From Thermoanaerobaculia bacterium (lineage in GTDB: Bacteria; Acidobacteriota; Thermoanaerobaculia; Multivoradales; Multivoraceae): DNA of 64,000 bases. Shown here one piece after another: positions 37,258 through 46,467 of this stretch. The stretch covers positions 2,208,001-2,272,000 of the forward strand of contig OY761158.1 of assembly GCA_963664405.1 (NCBI GenBank), in the 5' to 3' direction. The notes beneath the pieces are model-generated. The model had not been told where the DNA came from. It did no database searches and was given only the letters and a program-made list of their open reading frames with translations. The position numbers and the translations under genes were made by a program. How positions within the stretch are numbered: the first letter of the stretch is position 1; each line of letters starts with the position of its first letter.

Positions 37258-38478
37258 ATGAAGGGAAGTGGCATCGATCGCGTCTGGCGGCGCAGCGAGT
37301 TCCGCGCCTACATGAGCGCGACCGGCTTCGCCGGCGTCTCCTTCGCGATGCACCAGCTCCTGGTTAGCTGGCTCTTTATCGGCATCCTCCTGCTCCCGGC
37401 CGATCGAGTCGGTCAGCTCCAGGCCCTGATCGGCATACCGGCAGTCTTTCTGATGCTCTGGGGCGGTGCGAGTGCGGACCGGGCCGACTCTCGAGCCCTG
37501 CTGATCCGCGTTTACGCGTTCGCTCCCCTGCTACCGCTGGCCCTAGTCGTCGTCGACCAGGCCCGCTGGATCAGCGTTGCGACCGTAACGCTCTGGGGGC
37601 TCGGAATGAGCGTCGTCATGGCCTTTTCGAGCCCGGCGCAGCAGGCCATTCTCAATCGTGTCTCCGGATCGGCGGTGCAGAAGGGTGTGACGGCAGCCAC
37701 CGCGATTCTCTTCCTGGTGCAGATCGTCGGTCTGACGGTGGCGGGGCAAATGGATCGTGTCGGCCTAACTCCCGTCCTGCTTGTTCAGGCAGCGAGCCTG
37801 GCGATGGCCGCGGTGATGATCCGTCGGGTGTCGCCGAGCCCCCCGCCGAGAGGCGCCGACACCGGCCCGGCTTGGCGCAATATCGTCGAGGGGCTAAGAG
37901 CCGTTCACGCCGACAAGGTCGTCTTCAACGTGCTCACTACGAACTTCGTTTCGAGCATCTTCAACGCCGGTGCCTTCACGATCGTGTTTCCCTTCATCAT
38001 CAAACGCATCTATGGCGGTGACGCAGCCCTTCTTGCGGGCATGATGGTGGTCTTTTTCGCCGGAGCCATGGTCTCCAATCTCGCCATGCTTCGCTGGATG
38101 CCTTTCGCCCATCCGGGACGCCTGTTTCTACTGATGCAGCTTTCGCGCATCGCGATCCTGTTTCTGCTGTGGATCGAGCCGAGCTGGTGGCTGCTGGTGG
38201 TCGCCACGGTCTCTTGGGGCCTCAATATGGGGGTGACCTCGACTCTCGCCCGCTCGATCGTCCAAGAGTCGGCGGCGCCCGGGTTTCGCGGACGAATGCT
38301 TTCGGTCTTCACTGTCGCTCAGATTGGCAGCGCACCGATCGGCGCCCTGGTGCTCGGATGGATCATAGAGACCTTCGGCACTCTCGACGCTCTGCTGCCG
38401 GCAATGCTTACCTCTCTGGTGATCTTTGTCTACGGCATCTCAGCAACCCGGATCTGGAGCTATCGATCGCATGAATAG
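37258..38478 (+). CDS. MFS transporter
   Basis: About 12 hydrophobic segments; GASADRADSR loop; FRGRMLS. Confidence 0.85.
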   Translation: MKGSGIDRVWRRSEFRAYMSATGFAGVSFAMHQLLVSWLFIGILLLPADRVGQLQALIGIPAVFLMLWGGASADRADSRALLIRVYAFAPLLPLALVVVDQARWISVATVTLWGLGMSVVMAFSSPAQQAILNRVSGSAVQKGVTAATAILFLVQIVGLTVAGQMDRVGLTPVLLVQAASLAMAAVMIRRVSPSPPPRGADTGPAWRNIVEGLRAVHADKVVFNVLTTNFVSSIFNAGAFTIVFPFIIKRIYGGDAALLAGMMVVFFAGAMVSNLAMLRWMPFAHPGRLFLLMQLSRIAILFLLWIEPSWWLLVVATVSWGLNMGVTSTLARSIVQESAAPGFRGRMLSVFTVAQIGSAPIGALVLGWIIETFGTLDALLPAMLTSLVIFVYGISATRIWSYRSHE

Positions 38479-38482
38479 AGGA

Positions 38483-38661
38483 CTAGACCAGCGTTTCCAA
38501 AGTTCGCACACATATCTCGGCCCCTTCTGCCCGCTGCCGGCGTTGGCTAGGCGCCCCCGCGCTCCTCGACATATTGCCCAATATGCCTGCGTCGGCGCGC
38601 CTGGCCAGCGAACAGAATGAGCTCGAGCTATGCAGCACGAACTCTGGAAACGCTGGTCTAG
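38483..38661. mobile_element. MITE family A, diverged 179-bp copy
   Basis: ctagaccagcgtttccaaagttcg ... cgaactctggaaacgctggtctag. Confidence 0.88.
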
Positions 38662-38794
38662 TGCCCGCTTCAGCCAGCCGTTCGACATCCGCACCACGCT
38701 GTTATGCTGATCACGACCGAGAGCAGACCTCAAACGAGCTCGTCGGCTCACCGTCGACAGGCCCACAGATCTCAACCAAAGAAGGTGTACGAGC

Positions 38795-39721
38795 ATGGAT
38801 TTCGGAGTTCAAGTCAACGTCTATCGGAGCGAGTGGGAAGCGGTGAGCCTCTCGGTGGAGGCCCTAGAGACCGGACCCTGGAACAGCGTCTGGTTTGCCG
38901 ATCACTTCGTGCCACCGGGCGCCCCTCTCGAAGAGGAGGATCAGACCGCCTTCGAAGGACTTTCCGCCATCGCATTCGCGGGTGGCATGACCAAGAAGCT
39001 GCGGCTCGGCAATCTGGTGTTGGGAAACACCTACCGCAACCCGGCCCTGGTCGCGAAGATCGCCGGCACTATCGACACGATGAGCGAGGGGCGGTTCACT
39101 CTCGCGATCGGCGCAGGATGGTGCGAGCGCGAGCACGAGGCTTACGGCTGGACTTTCCCCTCGATGAAAGAGCGGCAGGACCGTTTCGAAGAAGCAGTGC
39201 AGCTCATTCGGCTGCTGATCCGATCCGACGGGCCCGTAGACTTCGATGGCAAGTACTACCAACTCGACAAAGCGCCTCTATCACCCGGTTCCTACGAGGA
39301 GCCAATCCCCATCATGGTCGGCGGCTCGGGCCCGAAGCGCACTCTCCGTACCCTGGCAAGGTACGGCGACGTCATGAACCTGGATGGCTGGGCCGGCGGC
39401 GGCCTGGCGCTGGACTACTACAAATCCAAAGCTCAGATCCTCGACCAGCACTGCGAAGACTGTGGCCGTGATCCTGCCGAGATTCGACGAACCGTCCTCA
39501 TGCCCTGCTACCTGACCGAAAACAAGGGGCTCATCGAGCGCGCCGTCGCCTCACTCGGCCCAGGCACCGTCGCCGGCTCACGTCAGTACGTGGTCGATCG
39601 GATCGGTGAGTTCGAGGAGGCTGGCGTCGCCGAGGTCATCTTCGGCGCACTCAGGTCTGGGGATGTGCCGCGACTGAAGCAATTCGAGGAAGAAGTCGTT
39701 TCCGCGTTCATCTCTTCTTGA
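38795..39721 (+). CDS. LLM-class flavin/F420-dependent oxidoreductase
   Basis: WFADHF, GNTYRNPALVAK, IGAGW, IMVGGSGPKRTL. Confidence 0.9.
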   Translation: MDFGVQVNVYRSEWEAVSLSVEALETGPWNSVWFADHFVPPGAPLEEEDQTAFEGLSAIAFAGGMTKKLRLGNLVLGNTYRNPALVAKIAGTIDTMSEGRFTLAIGAGWCEREHEAYGWTFPSMKERQDRFEEAVQLIRLLIRSDGPVDFDGKYYQLDKAPLSPGSYEEPIPIMVGGSGPKRTLRTLARYGDVMNLDGWAGGGLALDYYKSKAQILDQHCEDCGRDPAEIRRTVLMPCYLTENKGLIERAVASLGPGTVAGSRQYVVDRIGEFEEAGVAEVIFGALRSGDVPRLKQFEEEVVSAFISS

Positions 39722-40391
39722 GGGTCAGGCTGACTCCGGCACGGACGATGGTCTCCAGATCAGGATTCGTGTTGATCGCCTCCATGTAGGCGGGATCCGC
39801 CATCTGAGGCGTGATGTTGTGAGCGACAACGAGCCCTCCGGGCCGGACCAAGGGCAAGAGCTTGTCGAGGTAGTCGATGTAGCCATCTTTGTCCGCGTCG
39901 AGAAAGACAATGTCGATAGGGCCTTTGACGGCGGCCACCTCTTCGTGGGCGTCTCCCTCGACCAGGGTGATGACCTCACTCAAGCCAGCCCGCTTGAAAT
40001 TCGCCCGCGCCGTCGCGGCACGTTCGGCATCGATCTCGAAGGTGATGAGCTTGCCGCCGGTCTTCTCCAGGGCCATGCCGAACCAGATACCGGAGTAGCC
40101 GGTCGATGTCCCGAGCTCGACCACGCTCTTTGCATTCATGGACTCCGTCAACAAGCGCAGTAGACGTCCATCCTCGGGTGGCACGTTCCTGAACCTCTGG
40201 TTCGCACGGATATCATCCAGGATCTCGAGGATCTTCTCTTCCCGATCGTTCTGGGGAACTGGAGGTCTCTCGAGCTCAGCATCTCCCGACCCGCCTCCCC
40301 CTCTGCCGCCGCCGCCACGGCGCGGGGAACGCTGAGCCGCAACGCTCGAGAACAGGACTCCGGAAATTGCCAAAGAGACCAAGCTCTTCAT
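39708..40391 (-). CDS. Class I SAM-dependent O-methyltransferase
   Basis: VELGTSTGYS, VFLDADK, PGGLVVAHN; signal-like N-terminus and Gly-rich linker. Confidence 0.9.
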   Translation of the reverse strand: MKSLVSLAISGVLFSSVAAQRSPRRGGGGRGGGGSGDAELERPPVPQNDREEKILEILDDIRANQRFRNVPPEDGRLLRLLTESMNAKSVVELGTSTGYSGIWFGMALEKTGGKLITFEIDAERAATARANFKRAGLSEVITLVEGDAHEEVAAVKGPIDIVFLDADKDGYIDYLDKLLPLVRPGGLVVAHNITPQMADPAYMEAINTNPDLETIVRAGVSLTLKKR

Positions 40392-40443
40392 CACTGTCGA
40401 CCTGGGGCTGCTTCCCATTTCACGCGTCTCCTCTCTTCGTCCG

Positions 40444-42051
40444 ATGAGCGATCGATCTTCTCTTCGATTCCGATGGTCTCACAAGAGCTGGCCGCTGCTG
40501 GTCGTACTCGCTTTCGGTGCCGTGTTCTGCGGCGCGCTGACGATGGAGTACGTAGAGGGCGACGACGCCACTTCGATCGTCTATCACGCGCTCGGGCGCA
40601 ACAGCGACCTGCAGTCGCCCTACGCCGTCTACCAGGCGGGCGCCGACCTCTTGATGCGACCCCTTCCCGCCTCGGAGCCGCTCCTGCGCATCTCCGCCAT
40701 ACTGGGATCGGCCACGGCTTCGGTCGTCTTCGTATTGCTCGCGCTGCAGCTCGCCTTCCGCTCGGATCAAGGCGAAGAAGCTGCACCGTCGCGCGCGTTG
40801 GTGACCTGCGCCCTGTTACTGGCCACTCCCGAGCTTTTCTACTTCGGGCTCTACTACTCACCGGCTATTCTCGGGCTCTGCTTCGTAACCGCCGCCCATC
40901 TGGTCGCGCGCGGGGCTAGAGAGTCCGGCTCGAGAGCCGCGGCTCGGCCTGCCGCCATCGGCCTATCGGTGGCGCTCTTTGCCGCAGGGGTGGCGCTGCG
41001 CTGGCCGCTGCTCGGCTACGGAGGTGTCATCGCAGCAGACCTGTGGCTCGGGATCTCAGCCTCCAAGCGACGCGGCTCAATGCGCAGCGCGCTCCTCTGG
41101 GGAGCCTCCGCACTCGGCGCCGGCTTGGCGGTCATCGTCATCGCCGGAGCGAGCTCCGGTCGAATTCCCTGGGGTAGCGTCGGGTTCGTAGCCGGGCAGC
41201 GGGGTGCAGCGCGCGGCGGGCTGTTCGAGATCGAGACCGCGCTCAGTTTGTCGCCATTCATCACGCCTGCCTTTTTGCTGCTATTGGCGGCCGGACTCAC
41301 AACCTCGCACGCCGGCCGATTGCGGACCCTGGCGCTACTCGCTGCCGGGCTGCTCGGCGCCGCCCCTTTCCTACTGACCGGGGTGCCCAAGTTCATCGCG
41401 CCGGCCCTGGTGCCCCTGATGCTGTGCGCAGCGCGCGGCTTCCGAGCTCTATGGACGGGCTCCGCGTGGGGCCCCGGCTTCCAGATTCGACCCTTCGACC
41501 GCAGCGCGAGCGACGACGCAACGAGGGTCGGCCTAGCGATCGGGGGCGGCGCCGCCTTCCCCACACCCGAGGGACCGCGCCCAGTTGGCGGCCACGCCTT
41601 CGTCCTTCTCGGCGGTGGATGGCGCTCCTTCGTGACAAGTCAGGCCGAAGAGCGCCGGCGACTGGTCGCGCGATCGATCGAGAGCGAGCTGCCGATCCTG
41701 ACTGCACGCTGGTCCCCCGACTTCTTCGCCGCCGAGCTGTTGCGCCGTGGCTTCACCACCCAGGAGCCGGCCGACGGTAGGTTCGACGACCGATTCGACT
41801 TCATAGGGCGCCGCTTCACCGACACCCGCGGCCGTCATGTGGAGCTTTTGGAGCGCGGAGTCACCGGCCCCCTGAGCGACGACGACTGGATTGCACTCGC
41901 CAGGACGGCAAAGGTCCACCCGCGGGTTCTGTTCCACGCCGCATCCAGCACCCTGCGGTCGTTGTGGAAGCGGGCGCCGACGGCCGTGGAAGGGATGGGG
42001 AGCCACTCCGCCTTGGTCGATCTGGAGGGGATCGGAGCTCCTTCGATCTGA
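40444..42051 (+). CDS. Polytopic membrane protein (possibly GT-C-like)
   Basis: Many hydrophobic segments, EGDD after first helix, soluble C-terminus. Confidence 0.6.
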   Translation: MSDRSSLRFRWSHKSWPLLVVLAFGAVFCGALTMEYVEGDDATSIVYHALGRNSDLQSPYAVYQAGADLLMRPLPASEPLLRISAILGSATASVVFVLLALQLAFRSDQGEEAAPSRALVTCALLLATPELFYFGLYYSPAILGLCFVTAAHLVARGARESGSRAAARPAAIGLSVALFAAGVALRWPLLGYGGVIAADLWLGISASKRRGSMRSALLWGASALGAGLAVIVIAGASSGRIPWGSVGFVAGQRGAARGGLFEIETALSLSPFITPAFLLLLAAGLTTSHAGRLRTLALLAAGLLGAAPFLLTGVPKFIAPALVPLMLCAARGFRALWTGSAWGPGFQIRPFDRSASDDATRVGLAIGGGAAFPTPEGPRPVGGHAFVLLGGGWRSFVTSQAEERRRLVARSIESELPILTARWSPDFFAAELLRRGFTTQEPADGRFDDRFDFIGRRFTDTRGRHVELLERGVTGPLSDDDWIALARTAKVHPRVLFHAASSTLRSLWKRAPTAVEGMGSHSALVDLEGIGAPSI

Positions 42052-42195
42052 AGCCACTCGGCTACCGCGAGGACCCACGTTCCGGATTCCTGGTTGGAGG
42101 CCTGGTACGCGGGGGGCTCGACCGGGTTGCCCTGGAGACCTGGCTACGCGGAGTCGTCGTGAGACTCGATTGAGTCGGGCCTCTCTGTTGGGGAG

Positions 42196-45100
42196 TTACT
42201 GGCACGGAAAGGCCTGGGTTCGGCCCGCAGATTGCGGCAGGTTCCGCGCCGGGTTGATCCACTCATCCTCGAGGCCCGTCGTCATCTGGGTGACAGTGAT
42301 GTGGGTGGCCGCGTTTGTGAGCCCACCATAGAAGACCCAGTAGAAGTGAAGAGGATGCCCGGGCGGGAAACCGCAGCCATCGACCATCTTGACTCCGACC
42401 TCGAAGTTGCCGACATCGAAGGACTCGAAAAAAACCGCCTGAGTGGATTCGGCCCGTCCTGAGGGGAAGCTCATCACCCGGGTCGGGAAGATCTCCGGGG
42501 GATCGGCGAAGCTCGTCATCTCGCCTTCGACCTTGAAGCGGCCGCCGATGAGGCAAGCCGTCTCGTCGCCGGCGAGGCAGACTTCGAGCGGTGCCCCGGC
42601 GATACAGGGGAAGGCCGCGGTGTCACCCAGGGTCTGGGGAAAGGAGCGCGCGGGGTTGGTCCAGGTGTAGACCTGGCCGGTGACAGTGTCGGTGATGCGC
42701 ATCTCGGTGCCAGCATTGGTGAGACCACCGAAGAAAGCCCAGTAGTTGTGAAGGGAGTGGCCCTCGGGGAAGCCGCAGCCGTTGACCATCTTGACTCCGA
42801 CCTCGAAGTTTCCGGCGTCGAAGGACTCGAAGAAGACCGCCTGATCGGACTCGGCGCGGCCCGAGGGGAAGGTCATCACCCGGGTGGTGAAGTCCACAGG
42901 CGGGTCGGCGAAGTTCTGCATCGAGCCTTCGACCTTGAACAGACCGTCGAACAGACAAGCCGTCTCGGGACCGGCGACGCAAGGCTCGAGGCCGGGTTGC
43001 GACGTGGCGTAGAGCTCCTGACCGTGGAGGACGACGACGCCGGCGGCGTGGTCGACATCGTCGGAGCCTGCGCCCGAGGCGAAAAAGCTGAGCCGCACGA
43101 CATCGGAGGGATCGAGCATGGGAAAGCTCGCGGCCAGCGGCCGGCGGTCGAAGGTGTAGCTCGAGCCGGTGAGATTCCGTTGGTCGAGGACGAAGCCGGG
43201 AATCATCGTCGTGACATGGGTACTTGCCCCCGAAAGGCCCGGAGGAGCCGAGGCCTCGATCTCGACCGTCTCCCAGCGGCCGACGGTCGACTCAGGAGGA
43301 AGGGCGAAGGTCACGGGCTCGCTGTCCACCCGGACGACATAGACCGAGAAGCTGCCATCGGCGGTCCCCAGCAAGTCGCCGGTCGGGAAAGGCTCGGTCA
43401 CCTGGCCGGCGGAGGTCTTGCCGTCGAAGACGACCTTCGTCGCGACCTCCCAGCGACCGGGCTGGTCAACCGTGAAGTCGTCGCCCGGCCGATAGTAGTA
43501 GCCGACACGGTTGGCCCGGCCGGCGAAGTCAAGGCGCGCGCCGCCGGGCTTCGTCACGGTGTACTCCACTCTCGCCGGAACAGGAGGCGCAACCGCGCCG
43601 GTGAGAGCAAAGCGGTTGCCGATCTCGAGCACGCTGCCGGGGCGGGTGCCGGTGAGATGAACAAAGAGGTCGACCTCGCGCCCCCTTAGGGTCAGGATCG
43701 GCCCGCCGCTGGGTCCGCCGCCGTTGCCCTGGAATGGAGGAAAGGTGCGTGTGCCGCCGCCGGTCGGGTCCTGCTCGAGGTTGGGCACGAGCACGAAGAG
43801 CGAACCGTAGATCGCGTACTGCGGCTCCAAGATGGCGTCGCCGTAGATGGCAAGGCCGCCGTACTGGAGCTTGAAGTCTCCCGGCAGATCTCCTTCGGGC
43901 CCAACGCCGATCTGACGCCCGTACTCTGCGAAGAAGCGCCAATAGAGACTCGGCATCCCGCTCTCGCCGATCTGCTCCCGCACCCGCACCAGCGGGCGCT
44001 GCACCGAGCGGTAAGTGTAAGCCCAGAGATCGATCTTGGAGGGCTCGACCTGGGGATCGATCCCCGACGCAGTACTCGACCACAGAGGCATCTCGCCGAA
44101 CGCCCTTTCTTGGACGAGCTGCGTCTGATGACGACTGATGAGGAGGCTGTCGATCTGGCCGCTCGGATCCTGGAAGCGCAGCTGCGGGATGGCAGCATCG
44201 TCTTTCTCCTGCCAAGAGATGTCGCCGCTATGGAAGGGATAGTTGACATGTTCACCTCTGGGCTGACCGAGCTGGGTGCCGAAGAACCACTGTGGGCCGA
44301 ACTCCGGGACGTCGGCACCGCGGCGCCCGCGCGCGATGAGCAGCGGATCGGGCGGGGCAACGACTCCGCCCCAGGTGCGAGCACCCGCCCACAGGTGGCC
44401 GGACTCGGACTCGAAGGTGGCGCTCACATCGATCCGATACTCCCCCGCCTGTTCGAGCGAGATGGGCTCCGACGGCTGGAAATAACCGAAGCGGTTGGTG
44501 CGCCCTCGTACGACGCGCTCGACCATGGCGTCGGAATCGGAGCCTGGGGCGAGTTGGAAGCGTACTTCGACGTCGGCCGACATCGGCGGAGTCACCAGGA
44601 GACCCGCATTCAGAAAGTCGCCGACCTCGAAGGGGGTACCGGGCAGAACAGCAGTGTCGAGGGAGAGGACTCGGCCCACCACGACGTCGTAAGTGCCTTC
44701 GATGGCGTAGACGTTGCCCCAGATGTCTTCGATCGATCCGCGTAACTCGATCTCATGGGGACCGTCTTCGGTGAAGGTGTGCTCGAAGCTCGGATCCATG
44801 GTCGACAGTTGGTAGACGTCGGTGATGTGCCCGCCGCCCTCATCCAAGGCTCTGCCATCTGCTCCTACCAGGGTACGGAGACGATCCTGAACGAAGGGCG
44901 CCGGGCCCAGGGTGGTCACTCCGCCGCCAGGCGCACGCACTTCGACGGTCAAGCTTCCCGAGGGGAAACGGAAGGGAATCGTCGGTGGAACCGGTGGTTG
45001 GCCACGGTCGCCGAGGCTGATCTCCGGAAGAAAGGGCTCGAGCCGGTAGCTCAGGCCCTGACCGGACCAGGGATCCCACCGCGGAACGACGAAGAGGTGG

Positions 45101-46467
45101 GACTGGGTCACAATGCGTTGGGCGAGACCGTAGCGGCCGCGGTCCTCTCTCGCCTCGGTCCCGCGCGTGCCGTTGCTCAGAGTGTCGGTCAAGAGGGTGA
45201 CGAAGAGTCTGGGTGCCGCCGGCTTGCCGACTCTTACCAGAGGGAGCTGGCCCTCGTTGTGCGGCTTTCGGCCGGGCTTGTCGACGACCAGAACGAGCTG
45301 GTCGACTGATGGATCCTGACAGAGAGAGCGGTCACCTTCGACGTAGAGAATAGGCTGATAGATCCCGTCGGGGAGATTCTGGTCGATCTCGAGCGATGTC
45401 TCGAGGTCGACCTCGAAACGGTCGGGCGCGACCTTGGTGAGATCCAAAAGCCCGAGGCCCACGCCCGGGACTGCGCCGAGAGGTCGACGCTCGACGGGGA
45501 ATTGCGTCGGAGTGGTGAACCAGGAGCTGAAGAAGCTCCTCGGTGGACCGCCGTAGCCATCGGGGCCGTGATACAGATCGAGCCGCAAGAAGACGTCGGC
45601 CTGAAGAGTATTCAAACTCTCCAAGGCAGGCGACTCGAAGATCAGCTTTCCACTCAGCTCGAGGTCGTCCCCCTTCTTCAGCACATTGCTGCTCAGCGTA
45701 CCCTCGAAACGATAGGTCGGTAGCTGCGGATTGCAGAAGCTGCCGACACCGGCGAAGGGGACCCCGTCGTCGTTGGGCGACGGCTCGGGAACGCGCACGA
45801 TCGTCCCTGGCATCGCCGCAGCGTTGCCCTCGCCGCCGCCGAAAGGCTCCCCGAGCACGCTCCCGATAACGATGCCGACCGGGTCGGACTTGATGAACAG
45901 CGAAGCACCGGAGCCGGCCCGGTGCTCGGTATCAAAGGCGCCAGAGGCGTCGGCCTGGACCCACGATGTATGGCCGGTGTCGAGGGTGAAGATCACGACA
46001 TAGCCATCGGCTTCGACCGCGCCGGCGACTCCCCGCACCCGTACCCAACCGTCCCCATGGGTCGACGGCAAAATATCGATGAGCGCCCCCCTCGGCGGCC
46101 GGTCGGGGAAAAACTCGAAGGGCTCGCGGCGGACTTCGACAATGAGGCCCGAAACATCCGCTCCGGGGACCTCGAGTCGCTGCAGGCTCACGTTGTAGGG
46201 AAGCCCCGCGTCCACCGCGAGGGTGTAGGTCCCGGGCTCGACTTCGAGGTCGAAGCCTCCGTCGTCTCCCGAGTTGACGCCGTCGCCGTGGACGCAGCAG
46301 CTCTCTAGAGTAAGTGAGACGAGCCTTACCGCGGCGTCGGCTATGCCCTCCGCCTCCTCGTTCACCACCCGGCCCGAAACGTGAGTCAGGCCACCGGAAG
46401 GAGTCGGAGTCGCGAGTACTGCGACGAGGACCAGAGCCGAGCGAGTCGCGGGTCGGCCTAATCGCAT
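42196..46467 (-). CDS. Large secreted protein (~1420 aa): carboxypeptidase-regulatory-like N-terminus, unknown core, two Cys-bounded C-terminal modules
   Basis: Signal peptide then VSGRVV; tandem C..ETACL..G.FKVEG...NFEVGVKMV.GC...YW.F.GGLTNA...AFPC modules. Confidence 0.8.
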   Translation of the reverse strand: MRLGRPATRSALVLVAVLATPTPSGGLTHVSGRVVNEEAEGIADAAVRLVSLTLESCCVHGDGVNSGDDGGFDLEVEPGTYTLAVDAGLPYNVSLQRLEVPGADVSGLIVEVRREPFEFFPDRPPRGALIDILPSTHGDGWVRVRGVAGAVEADGYVVIFTLDTGHTSWVQADASGAFDTEHRAGSGASLFIKSDPVGIVIGSVLGEPFGGGEGNAAAMPGTIVRVPEPSPNDDGVPFAGVGSFCNPQLPTYRFEGTLSSNVLKKGDDLELSGKLIFESPALESLNTLQADVFLRLDLYHGPDGYGGPPRSFFSSWFTTPTQFPVERRPLGAVPGVGLGLLDLTKVAPDRFEVDLETSLEIDQNLPDGIYQPILYVEGDRSLCQDPSVDQLVLVVDKPGRKPHNEGQLPLVRVGKPAAPRLFVTLLTDTLSNGTRGTEAREDRGRYGLAQRIVTQSHLFVVPRWDPWSGQGLSYRLEPFLPEISLGDRGQPPVPPTIPFRFPSGSLTVEVRAPGGGVTTLGPAPFVQDRLRTLVGADGRALDEGGGHITDVYQLSTMDPSFEHTFTEDGPHEIELRGSIEDIWGNVYAIEGTYDVVVGRVLSLDTAVLPGTPFEVGDFLNAGLLVTPPMSADVEVRFQLAPGSDSDAMVERVVRGRTNRFGYFQPSEPISLEQAGEYRIDVSATFESESGHLWAGARTWGGVVAPPDPLLIARGRRGADVPEFGPQWFFGTQLGQPRGEHVNYPFHSGDISWQEKDDAAIPQLRFQDPSGQIDSLLISRHQTQLVQERAFGEMPLWSSTASGIDPQVEPSKIDLWAYTYRSVQRPLVRVREQIGESGMPSLYWRFFAEYGRQIGVGPEGDLPGDFKLQYGGLAIYGDAILEPQYAIYGSLFVLVPNLEQDPTGGGTRTFPPFQGNGGGPSGGPILTLRGREVDLFVHLTGTRPGSVLEIGNRFALTGAVAPPVPARVEYTVTKPGGARLDFAGRANRVGYYYRPGDDFTVDQPGRWEVATKVVFDGKTSAGQVTEPFPTGDLLGTADGSFSVYVVRVDSEPVTFALPPESTVGRWETVEIEASAPPGLSGASTHVTTMIPGFVLDQRNLTGSSYTFDRRPLAASFPMLDPSDVVRLSFFASGAGSDDVDHAAGVVVLHGQELYATSQPGLEPCVAGPETACLFDGLFKVEGSMQNFADPPVDFTTRVMTFPSGRAESDQAVFFESFDAGNFEVGVKMVNGCGFPEGHSLHNYWAFFGGLTNAGTEMRITDTVTGQVYTWTNPARSFPQTLGDTAAFPCIAGAPLEVCLAGDETACLIGGRFKVEGEMTSFADPPEIFPTRVMSFPSGRAESTQAVFFESFDVGNFEVGVKMVDGCGFPPGHPLHFYWVFYGGLTNAATHITVTQMTTGLEDEWINPARNLPQSAGRTQAFPCQ

